Source: Rhynchopus sp. YZ270_cl-10 (Eukaryota). Taken from it: a DNA stretch of 64,000 bases. Every line of letters begins with the position of its first letter. Positions within the stretch are counted from its first letter, which is position 1. The stretch lies in the NCBI GenBank assembly GCA_964035575.1, contig OZ037846.1, positions 1,240,001 to 1,304,000 of the forward strand, given 5' to 3'. The position numbers were made by a program, and so were the translations under genes. Of the stretch, positions 1-10,771 are shown piece after piece. Below the pieces are notes generated by a model. The model was given only the letters and a program-made list of their open reading frames with translations. It made no database searches and was not told the DNA's origin.

Positions 1-1
1 G

Positions 2-1792
2 AAAACCATTTACAACCTTACGGTGGCAGGAGAGGTGTGCCTCGTGGTGGGGTTGTTTCTGGGCGCCGCGGTTGCCTCGCTGGGGTTGCTGCACAGCTGG
101 ACGAAGCATCGGCACTGCATCTGTATTATCTACTCTTTTGCGTTGTCCATCTTTGAATGTCTGTCGATTGTTGGGGTGCTTGGAGAGGTGCACAGCGAAT
201 TGCCTGACCCTTCCAAAACCCTGACTGGAGCCAACCTCTGCATTGCGGGTGCTGTCTTAATCACGGTAGGTGCGCTGATCTACGTCTGTTGTGCGGTGTG
301 CGCTTTGACCGGTCTGGCGCGTGTTTCCTCCCCTCAAGTGCTTGGTATGGTGGTGGCATCGATCGGCATGAACATTCTGCAAATTGGCGTCATGGATATG
401 GTGTCTGACTCAGCGCTGAGTGGGTCGTCGCTCTTTGTCTTCCGTGATATGGGGCGACACACAATCCAGGTTGGTGTTCTTATTTTGATCGGAATGGCGA
501 CCCGGCAAACGGAAGACCCCGCACCACAAAGGTTTCTTGGAAAGCAAGGGAAGCAGCAGAAGCGTGAAATCGAAGAAGGTGCTGAGCTGGCGGATATGTC
601 CGCACAGCGCGCCCAGAGGGGGCTTGACGTGCATGGGTTCAGGAGAATGATTGAGAAGCAGCAGGAAGGGAAGACGACACGGGTCATCAACATTGGCGCG
701 ATTGTTGCGCTTCTCCTTTCCATGCTTCTTTGGTTCGTTATTGAAGCGGCCTGGGTGCTGGAGACGTCTGACAAATCTTGGCGCCCTCAGGACTCCGTCG
801 GAGGCAGTTTTGTCTCTATTCTTGGCGTTCTTTCCCTCATGGCTACCTTCGCAGTGAGGCTGCACTCTGGTAAAACCTCCACTGCCTTGAAGCTTCTCGC
901 ACACAGTGGCAACGGGGTGATTCTCTGTGGGATTGTCGTGTGGGCCATCGGAAAGTACGGGATGTCCCTGCAAAATGACAGTAACTCTGACAGAGCCATC
1001 TTCGTCACGGGACAGGTCATTGGAGTCTTATTTTTGGAGTGTGCTCTGTGGCTTGCAGTGGGAGGTTTCATGCATGAGTGGAGGACCTGGCCTGCTGCAT
1101 CGTCGTTGTTGGCGCAGCTTGGGTTGGTGATGTTCTTCCTTCTCGCTGGGGCGGTGGGGAGCTTGGACATGGATACAGGGTACTGGTACTACGATTCATC
1201 AGCAGGTCTGACAGTGCGTCGCATTGGTGGTGGCTGTGTTGCAGGGGCAGCTTTGATGCTTGCAATCCTCTCTGGTGTGATGTGCGCGTCTTCGTACAGG
1301 TTTGCGAAGTCGGTGGCGGTCTTCTCAGGGATGGGGGTGAACGGAGTGATTGTCTACGCCATTGGCCAGGGGATGTACATGGACGACTCCTGGGAGAGAA
1401 ACCCGACCTCCCTCAGAACCATGTTTGGCGGTGAGCTTGCCACTGCAATTCTCTTCGTCTTCGCAGGCATGCTCATCACCGTGGCTGCCCTCAGGACTCC
1501 ACTTGAAGCGCTGCAGACCAAAACCTCAGTACCCAAAGTGCATATGATTGAAGGGAAGCCCTACATCATTCGGAATGGAGTTCCGGTGGCGTGTCAGGTG
1601 CAGGGAGGTGGTGGAGGTGGTGGAGGAGGAATGCCGAACCAAATGCAGCAAGGCAACCAAATGTCGATGGAGGAGGTACAGCAGCAGAGACAACAACAAC
1701 AGCAGCGGCAGCAGCAACAGCAGGCTATGATGCAGCAGGAACAGGCCATAGCGCAGCAGGAGAAGAGCTTGCAGCAACAGAAGATGCGGCTG

Positions 1793-1824
<32 letters not shown>

Positions 1825-2053
1825 GCAGATGCAGATGCAACAACAGCAGCATCAGCAACAGTACGTGACCCAGCAGACGTACCCATCACCACAGCAGCAG
1901 CGTCAAGTCAAGACCATGGCCCCGCCCGGGCCCCGTGCAGCATCTCAGTCCCACAGCTCCCCAGGTGGTGTTGTCGTGGAAGGTCCGACAGATGGTGCCA
2001 GTGCAGGGATTGCACAGCAGTACCATGAAGATGACTGCGTGCTCATGGAGTAG
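2..2053 (+). CDS. Polytopic membrane protein, paralogue 1 (5'-truncated by the window): divergent TM module + conserved 8-TM module + polyQ/Pro tail
   Basis: The frame is open from base 2 (KTIYNLTVAGEV...), so the GTG at 23 is unlikely to be the true start. Many hydrophobic segments. The module from QEGKTTRVINIG to ALRTPLEALQT and the tail QQTYPSPQQQ...GPTDGASAGI are shared with 10772 and 19903. Confidence 0.88.
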
Positions 2054-2379
2054 GTTTAGGTAGTGTTCAAAACAAAATATGAAGAAAAAAAAATGTGACA
2101 CGAAAATAAGGGGGTCATGACACCCTCTGCTTTTTTAGGGCAGACATGCCAAGTCACCCATCGAGGTGATCAAAATTGTCTCAACCCCTCCCCCCTTCCC
2201 TTCCCCCTTCCCCCCGCTTTTTAAGATGACTAAGCATGTGTGAGGTTTAGGTTCATCGCTCAATCATTTTTTTCCCCCCTTTTTACCAGCCCTTTTTACC
2301 AGCCCTAAGCAACCGAGACTGCTTGGGTCCATCCCCCCTCACAAAATTTTTAAAAAAGAAAAAGAAAAAGAAAAAGAAA

Positions 2380-3362
2380 CAAGTAATTGCTATCGGAAAA
2401 AAAACGGCGTGTGCTGTGGAACTCCACCCTGTAGAAGTAACCTACAACACACCCAGCACTCTGCTCTTCTGCAGGTATGATAACGCTCTTCGTACGCTGC
2501 CAGACCCACTGGGACGCCTGCATCTAAAATGTTCAAGAAGGGGGGCTGTCCTCTTCATCCAGCACCATCTGATCGATAGCGTGTGTTGGACGTAGTCTCG
2601 GCAGGCTCGGCGTGTTTCAGCTCGTTTTTGTCCACAGGGCCCCACGCAGTGTCGTCGTCGTTGGAGCAGTGCGGAAGAAGCACAGAATGCACAGACGACA
2701 ACACGTCGATCACACCAGGCACATCAGCACCTCCAGCAAATCGCTTGGATGCTACGGTGCTTTCGAAATCACGCGGGGTTTTCCACAGCACCCCGTTTTT
2801 TTCTTAGCAGTTACTTGTTCTTGTTGTTAATATCAGAAACCAATCTACTGAAGTTTCAACTTGTGCACGAAGCATTTTACTTTTCTTTTCTACGTTTTGC
2901 AAAACACACACCATAAAAAGAAAGATGGGACCATTTTTGTTGATCCCTCACCATATACTATCAATTTATTGATTGCATATGATGAAAATACTTGTTGTTA
3001 TTGTAATTTTCAACCACCTTCCTTCAACCCTTGTAGGATCAGTTCTTACTTTTTTTCGCGAAAACTTGAAATTACACATTTCAAGAGAACAAATTAAAAA
3101 GGGTCCTTATTTGCATTTTTGGGCTCCGCCCGTGCAGTGGTGGGGTCAATCTCGAAAATTGGACAATTTTTTGACTACTTAAATTTTGAGAAATATGAGC
3201 CCGGTTGCTTATACGTGGGGCCCATTTTCGGCTAAAATTTTCCTCAAAATCTGGTTTTGTAAAATTGACCCGCTACTCCCCCCCCACATCGATTTCAATA
3301 CTATACCTTACTTCACCTACGGTTGCCCTTACAGGGGGGGTGAAGGAAGGTAAGTTGAAAAA
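2380..3362 (+). repeat. Dispersed ~1 kb repeat (second copy ~56890-57699), ending in a ~350 bp MITE-like unit at 3007-3362
   Basis: Long near-identity with 56890-57699. Imperfect terminal IR TTTTCAACCACCTTCCTTCAACCC / GGGTGAAGGAAGGTAAGTTGAAAA. Internal parts also recur at ~28915-29250 and ~9440-9560. Confidence 0.8.
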
Positions 3363-3943
3363 CACAGAGTGCTTCCTGCATTCGCTGCGGGTCAAAAAAA
3401 AAGAAAAAATGGCGAGAAATTAAGTATTGGAGTGTACCATTGGTAAGCAATGTTATTTCAATGATGATCTCTCCCCCTTTTTTGTTAGTTGTTGTTGTCA
3501 ATGTGTGCATGTTTTAGGAAGGCAAACTTCCTCTTTAGCCCCGCTGACTCCATTTTCTTGGAGCTTCCAGAGGACCGTGCATGCTCCGTTCCCTATTAAG
3601 GAATGGTAAAAAAAAAAAGTTTTCAAAAAAAAAAAAAAAACCCCCCCCCCTCCCCCCATCCCCCTTTTTATGTAGATCGAAAAATTCTACATCCTTCCCA
3701 TCTCCCCACATTTGGTGTGAGTGTTTTTTTTTTTTAAAGATGTGTGTACAGTGATTTAGTCCTGGCCTTGGAATCCCAAAACGTCCGGGGGGGTGGGGGG
3801 GGGGGGTTTCTTTTCCCCCTACTTTTTCCTTTAGGGACCATTTTTGTTGATCCCTTCCCATATACTATCAATTTATTGATTGCATATGATGAAAATACTT
3901 TAGGTTTTGTACGAGACATCTTTTCCCTCTTCCCCCACAGATA

Positions 3944-4019
3944 AAGAAAAGAAAAAGAAAAAGAAAAGAAAAAGAAAAAGAAAAAGAAAAAGAAAAAGAA
4001 AAAGAAAAAGAAAAAGAAA
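3944..4019 (+). repeat. (GAAAAA)n microsatellite
   Basis: Direct reading. Confidence 0.95.
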
Positions 4020-5641
4020 CGAGTCAACCAAAGAAGGGATAATACTAAAAAAAAACAACAAGAGAAAACGTGTACAAGGGGGAAAATTAAAGCCAGCCAA
4101 TAAAAATAAAAAAGAAAACAACAAAAGTGGACCCGTGGGGGGCCTCAGCCCCCTGGAGTGTGTCCCTCCTGTTTCCCCCCATCTCCCCTTCCCTACCCTC
4201 CAAAAAAAGGGGGGTATAGTGTAGCTCGTAGTGGATCGTTATGCGTGGTACGTCGTCGTGCGCGCGTGTATCCTCGGGGTGTCTACACTAATACAACCAA
4301 GTTAAAGAAAAGGAAATTAGTGTGGCTCAAAACCCCAAGCCCTTTGGTACCACAAAGGAAGTGCTAAAAGGAGTACAAAAAAAACAACAAAAAAGGGCTT
4401 TCGGGCAACGTTGAGGGCAGACCCTAGCTGCCCCACTAGGGTGAAGTAAATAATTTGACATGTGGTTGTACCGTTGACCGTCTTATTCTCTGGTTTGACT
4501 TTGTGCGTGCACGAACGGTAGATTGATCGCACGATATAGTGGGAATGCAACGAGCTTTTATCATAATGTTTGATTCTCCCCCAAACAAAATATCACACGC
4601 AGGAAAACACTCGTTTTTTTTTTCTTCACAACACGTCCGTTGTTTGTTTTTCCCCCCCCTTATTTTTTACCTTTTTTCAAGAAATTTCCCCCCCAGTATC
4701 ATATATGATACTTTACATGGATACACATGTAAAGGAGTTCCGTGCTATTCACAGAACTCGATAGGCGATTGAGCGTATCTAACAACAACCAAAACAAAAT
4801 GAAGTACAAAGATGGTGTGGCTAAATCCAGTACAAAAACAGTACAAAACAACTACAAAAGAAGTACAAAAATTACACTTTATTTTGGGGGTGTTTTTTGC
4901 GAAAAATTATTTCCCTGTATAAACTTTTTGGGGGGTCGGAGTCGGGGGGTCGGGGGGAAATTTTTCTTTTTTGGCCCCCAAAAAATTGGGGGAAAATTTT
5001 TTTTTCTCTATTCTCGGGAGTCCGTGCGTGCTGTGATGGGGTCACTTTGCGCTGAGAAATGAGTATTTTTGACCTAAAATGCACGTGTCAGTTTTTACAG
5101 GGCATTTTCAGGTTTAGTGTAAAATATGGTCAGCACTTGACCACTGAGGGTAAAGTGCAAAGTAAACGTGGGGGCAGTTTGCATAGCTGCGAACTTTGCT
5201 GCATGTTGTGACCCCACCATTTTACGGACGGAGCTCGTAGAACCCAATGAGGAGTGAGAAAGAAGAAGGAAGCATGCAGCATGGCCAACGAAAAAAGTAG
5301 CGTACCGTGCGCCTGCGGCGCAAGATTGCAGCCCACCCTTTCCCATGACATAGTTCAGCACAAATGTGCAAATATAAGCGCAATTTTTTGAAATGTTGCG
5401 CACCGTGGCTTCGCCAGAAACTTTCGTTCTAGCAAAATACGTAGGTAAAATTTAACGGAACTGACGATAATTACCAACGACAGTGCCAATTTATGTCGAC
5501 ATTTTTCAGAAATGTTGCGTACCGTGGCTTCGCCAGGAAATTTTTGGGCCATGACTTGGGGCGATTGGGAAAGTACGAATTGGTACCAAAAATAAAAAAA
5601 ACCCCCTTTTTTGGGTATACAAAAAAAATACAAAAGAAGTA

Positions 5642-7598
5642 CCTACCCTCCCCCGTGCATAAGTCCGACCCTCATTACCCGTGCATAAGTCCGATGACCC
5701 GTGTATAAGTCCGGGCAGATTTGGGCTCAGGATCGGACTTATGCACAGGCCGACTTATGCACCGGTTTTGTGTACTGGTGGTGGGGAGAAATATTTTTAG
5801 AGCGTTTTCCCCGCTCGCGAAGCGAGCGGGGAAAAAAAATTGGGGTGTTTTTCCGCGAGCGAAGCGAGCGCAATTTTATTTTTATTGGCAATGCATTCAC
5901 CAGGGATCATCTTCACGCTTCTCATGTCAAAACATCATCCTCACAATTCTCAAAGATGTGAACCTGTACTGCAAAATTGTGGAAAACTTTGCACCCCAAA
6001 CAGTCTCAACAGACAAAAGGTGCCCCTTGGGTGTTGGTTCTCATGTTTGATACCTGCACAGCAGGCATTCCTCTGAGTCCAACGCTGTTTGGACTACCTG
6101 CGGCGTTGTACCGAAGGTGCACGAAGACAGGGTAAAATTTTGTAGTGTCACATTCCCTCATGTGTGGGTCACTCACACTGAGGTCATGTGACACTGCATG
6201 GGTCTGGGTACCTGGGTGCACGGTGTATAAGTCCGATACCCGTGCATAAGTCTGATACCCCGTGTATAAGTCCGGAGGCCCTCAGCACCCCCAAAAATCG
6301 GACTTATACGCAGACTTATGCACGGGGGGGGGGTTAGGGGCGTCAGCCTAGGGGGTTTTTCTGTCACAAAACCATTTTTTTGAGTTTTAGGTTAAGAAAT
6401 CCACTAAAATAGTCGTATTTGGCCCCAAAACCACCTCCCGATCACAAAAATATGTCAATAAAACCACAGACGACCTCAACAGAGGCTTTGTTACCAAAAA
6501 AAATCGGTGTTTTTATGAAAAAACACCCCAAAACCGCGTCACGCTCGCGTCACGCTATTCACCGATTTTCGAACCCTTTTTGAAACATGGCTCTAAGTTC
6601 CACCAAGTCCCTCTAAACACCCCAAAACCGCCTGGGTACCCCTCGGGATAGGTTCTGGGGTGAAAATATGTGGCTTTGGGGGCTTTTCTGGCCCCCAGAG
6701 GCGTCTCAGAGCTATTCGACACACCCAAAAGCTCCATTTTTTATCCAAAAATGCTTGCTTTTTTACCTTGTCATGAGCATTAACACCCCCAATGAGACCC
6801 CCAGAACGTCTCTAAAGTCCAAAAATCACCCCGGAATTGATTCCCGGACCTCATAATAGGTGGGGTACCATGTTTTTGGGGTCAAAAATGCGTTGCGGTC
6901 CATTACTGTTCCCCCTGACAATGAGCGATAGAGTAGCGATAGAATAGAAATATGACCACCTCCAGGAAGCCAAAATTTTCAAGAATAACACAAAAAAATG
7001 CGTACTAAAGTGTATAAACACCCTACATCACCTGGGTACCCCTCAGGATAGGTTCTGGGGTGAAAATATGCGGCTTTGGGGGCTTTTCCGGCCCCCAAAG
7101 ACGTCTCAGAGATATTTTTCACACCCAAAAACTGCAGTTTTATCCTACAGGGGTATAAGGGGGAGCTAAACTGCAGTTTTTGGGTGTGAAAAATATCTCT
7201 GAGACGTCTTTGGGGGCCAGAAAAGCCCCCAAAGCCACATATTTTCACCCCAGAACCTATCCCGAGGGGTACCCAGGCGGTTTTGGGGTGTTTAGAGGGA
7301 CTTGGTGGAACTTAGAGCCATGTTTCAAAAAGGGTTCGAAAATCGGTGAATAGCGTGACGCGAGCGTGACGCGGTTTTGGGGTGTTTTTTCATAAAAACA
7401 CCGATTTTTTTTGGTAACAAAGCCTCTGTTGAGGTCGTCTGTGGTTTTATTGACATATTTTTGTGATCGGGAGGTGGTTTTGGGGCCAAATACGACTATT
7501 TTAGTGGATTTCTTAACCTAAAACTCAAAAAAATGGTTTTGTGACAAGGTTTCTTAAGGATTTCCTTAAGGGCTGACGCCCCTACGGGGGGGGGTAGG
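5642..7598. mobile_element. Non-autonomous TIR element (TA TSD in a GTAC target; Tc1/mariner-type) with a nested foldback element
   Basis: Termini CCTACCCTCCCCCGTGCATAAGTC / GACTTATGCACGGGG..GGTAGG, each flanked by TA. An apparent empty-site paralogue CAAAAGAAGTACAAAAATTACACTTTATTTT is at ~4855-4885. Subterminal GTGYATAAGTCCGA repeats. Confidence 0.8.
6335..7584. mobile_element. Foldback/Mutator-like non-autonomous element with ~350-370 bp TIRs
   Basis: Ends TAGGGGCGTCAGCC / GGCTGACGCCCCTA. 6362-~6695 is an essentially perfect inverted copy of ~7212-7546. The flanks duplicate C(G)9-10T. An extra internal hairpin spans ~7031-7277. Confidence 0.85.
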
Positions 7599-8164
7599 TA
7601 CAAAAATTACACTTTATTTTTGGAGTTAGCCACACCAAAAGAAGAGAATAAGAAATACAGGAAAAATAGACGAAAGAGAAAAACAAAGAGATTTTGACAA
7701 AAAAGGGACAATAAACCGTTGTATCCTGGATGCTGACCGCCTTCCCCCCTTTTGAGTGGTAAAGATGCTGTGTATAGGAGAGATCGAATAGTATTATTCA
7801 TCGTTCAAGTTTTATTTTTATTTTTACTGAGGCAGCAGCAGGCCCCATTAGTAGCCCTTTGCATGAGCTCGACTGAGCTGCCTTTCAGCATGTTGCAAGT
7901 GCTCTTTTTATTGCACGAGATGGCTTTGTATTTCGAGCCAAATTTTGCAAATTTATTTTTGTTTTCAAAAGTTGTTGTCCGTGGGCAACTTGCAAAGTCC
8001 ATCCCATCTTTTGAATTTTATTTTTATTTTTATTTTTTTTTAGGGTACTCTCACTTTTTCTTTTGTTTCTTGTCCTTGGGCTTCCCAAAAATCCGAGCGG
8101 GCGGGCGGGGAAAAAAAAGTGAAGCAAAAAAAAAAAAGTGGAGGAAAAAAAAGAGTGAAGGGGC

Positions 8165-9275
8165 CTCAGTTGATCGAGCAGCCTGGAAACCTTGCACGCT
8201 GAACTGGGGGGTTGTTCCTCTGGGTTGTGACGTGGATGTGAATGCTTTGCACACGCTGATGGGAAGCATTCTCCTCAGGCGCTGGGCCCTCAATCGGGAA
8301 AAATTCCTGAAATCGGCCGCCCGCCTCCCCTGGGACAAGGCTGCGGACACCCCGTCACTTCACGTGGATTTTAACTGGAACCGGTTCCCCTCGAGGGCGC
8401 CTTCGTCGTGGAAATACGGCCCCGAGCGATACACCGCTTTTCTTGCGTGGCTGAGATCTCTGGAATTTTCCGAGGACAGCAACAGTTGCATCAGCAACAT
8501 CGAGCTGGGAATTAGCTTTGAGGTTTTCTCGGGCATCTTGCTGCGAAGGTGCAAACAGACCGCCCATGCCCTGTCTGTGCGTGAGCGGGGGAAGGTGATG
8601 TCCCTCTGGCTCAGTTGGCTCCGGAAGCACTGCGCCGATAGCAAGCTGGACTGCCCCCTTCCCGGAGGGAAAGTGAAAATAGCGTACTGCCTGCGGCCTA
8701 TAGGTGCACCTCCGGTATCTGGCGGACACACTCCACGTGCCAAACTCTGCGCCGGCAGCATCGCCATTATCGTGAAGCACCTGACGCGATCCATCAGGTG
8801 CCTCGCCGACCGTGACTGGGGCACCAGCCCCCTCCCCGCCTACGACACCACCATCACTGCGCGTGCCGCTCAGTGGACCTCGCCCCGACGACACCGACGC
8901 GGCAACACCGCCAGCCCTGCCACCCCTACAAGCCTTGCGCGACGGGGAATGCCAAGGCGGCGCATCACCACCGTGCCCCCTCCCGTTCTCCCAGAACCCG
9001 AGCCGCCTGAACTGCCGACTTCGGTACCCGACGAACCGCCCACAGGTGACCCTGAGCCTGATACTACCGCCCCAAAAAGGCGCCAATCAAAAAGAAAACG
9101 CTCGCCTCCCCCCGAGCAACAAAAGAGAAAAAAGCGGACAAAAACCGCACCCACCCCCACCACTTCTGCTTCGCCCCCATCTGATGATGGACCGGCGGGG
9201 AGCAACTTAAACGTCATCAATGAGGCATCTGCCACACAGGAGAGATCATCATCGTGTCCATCAGCGGTTACTTAA
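8165..9275 (+). pseudogene. Captured coding fragment, possibly the C-terminal end of a non-LTR retrotransposon ORF
   Basis: GC-rich open frame of ~370 codons. The motif AFLAWLRSLEF...ISNIELGISFEVFSG resembles the C-terminal region of some protist LINE-like ORFs (recalled, not searched). No RT domain is visible. The 5' part of the 7752 ORF is low-complexity non-coding DNA. Confidence 0.4.
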
Positions 9276-9289
9276 CAGCGTTTTGTATA

Positions 9290-10098
9290 GTGGAGTTCAT
9301 CCTCGGGTGTCTACACTAATACAACCAAGTTTTCAAAAAAAGTGGAGGAAAAAAAAAAGTGAAGGGGGAAAAAAAACCTGTGCGGTATTTTTCCGCCCAA
9401 GAGGGCGTTTTGTTACAGTTCCGAGCCAATCCCGGCTTGTGGGGGATATTCGGAAAAATGGACAAAATTTCAGTGACTTAAATTTTCGCAAAATATGAAC
9501 CCATACTCGTAAACAGGGGTCATTTTCAGTCTAATTTTGGAAATTTCCGACATTTGGAAGCAATTTTTTCCCCTGAAAAAAGTGGGTTTTCAGCCCCAAA
9601 ACGTACCACGGTTGGCATTTCCGGAACCCGTCCGCGCTGTGGTGGCCAGGGTGGGGTCAAAATCTATGTAGGGTAAATCCCAAATCCAGATTTTCTCTCC
9701 CTGATCCTGACGTCTGAAAACACGAAAGTGCCCGAAAACACCGGCATTTGCATTTCCGGAATCCGTCCGTTCTGTGGTGGGGTCAATTTGCCAAAATGGA
9801 CAAGTTTTTGGTTTTGGTCAAAACCCGTCAGTGTAAGGTAAAGGGGGGCCAAGTGTTCGCCTGTAGAACTGGTAGAAAACAGGCAGCGCCGCAGGCTCAC
9901 GTTACCAACTTTTTTTACTCGTGCCATTTTCTTTTGATTGCTCTCCACCGTGGGGCTCAGATTGGAGCGTGCAGTTCTCTACCTTGTGGGGATGTTGCAG
10001 TAGTCAGCAACACAGCGCCGCAGGCGCACGGTACGCTACTTTTTTTCTTTTTTGAAAACTTGGTTGTATTAGTGTAGACACCCGAGGATGAACTCCAC
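9290..10098. mobile_element. MITE with ~50 bp TIR and TA flanks, nested in the Harbinger-like element
   Basis: GTGGAGTTCATCCTCGGGTGTCTACACTAATACAACCAAGTTTTCAAAAA, with its reverse complement ending at 10098. TA at 9288-9289 and 10099-10100. Confidence 0.8.
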
Positions 10099-10771
10099 TA
10101 CTTGCCCGGCACAACGTGCCAAATGCTCTGGTCGCATGACCACGGGGGGCATCTACAACCTTCAAACCCCATTTTTCTCGGGGGTCACCATGTACTCCCC
10201 GAACCCTGTGAAAATCCGGATTTTTCTGGAAAAAATACTGGGGTGGGCATGGTCCCACCCCGGTCCACCTTGGTGGAAACCCTGTACACTTTTTTTTTTT
10301 GCCCACTTTTTTTTTTTCCCCCTCCCTGAAAAATCCGAGCGGGCGGGGACAAGAAACAAAAGAAAAAGTGAGAGTACCCTTATAGCGATAAACAAAAGTG
10401 AAAAAGGGAGGAGAAAAAGAAAATCAGGTTATTTTTCCCATTTGCAAAGTGTGTGTGGAAAAAAAAAGGGAACTATATTTGTACAGATGGCTACGAACCG
10501 TGAGGCTTAAGCTCATCTCACCAGCTTTTCTTTTCCTTTTTTTTATCGACCGTCTTGACCCACATCAAGGCTTCCCACCACAGTAACGTACCAAAATTTT
10601 ACTCAAGACAACCCCCCCCCTCAAAAAAACCCCCCACCCAAGAAAAAGTTCTGCCACCTCCCACTCAGTAGCTTTTTCTCAAAAAAAAGAAAAAAAGGAA
10701 TACCTTCCACCATCAACACAGATATAACTACAAACGTTTCTCTCCCCCTCATCTCCTCATCCCTTCCCCCA

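Larger units (their letters stand above)
8043..10379. mobile_element. PIF/Harbinger-like non-autonomous element
   Basis: Perfect 33-bp TIR GGGTACTCTCACTTTTTCTTTTGTTTCTTGTCC at 8043-8075 and 10347-10379, with TTA on both flanks. GGG termini and a TWA TSD are Harbinger hallmarks. Confidence 0.8.
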
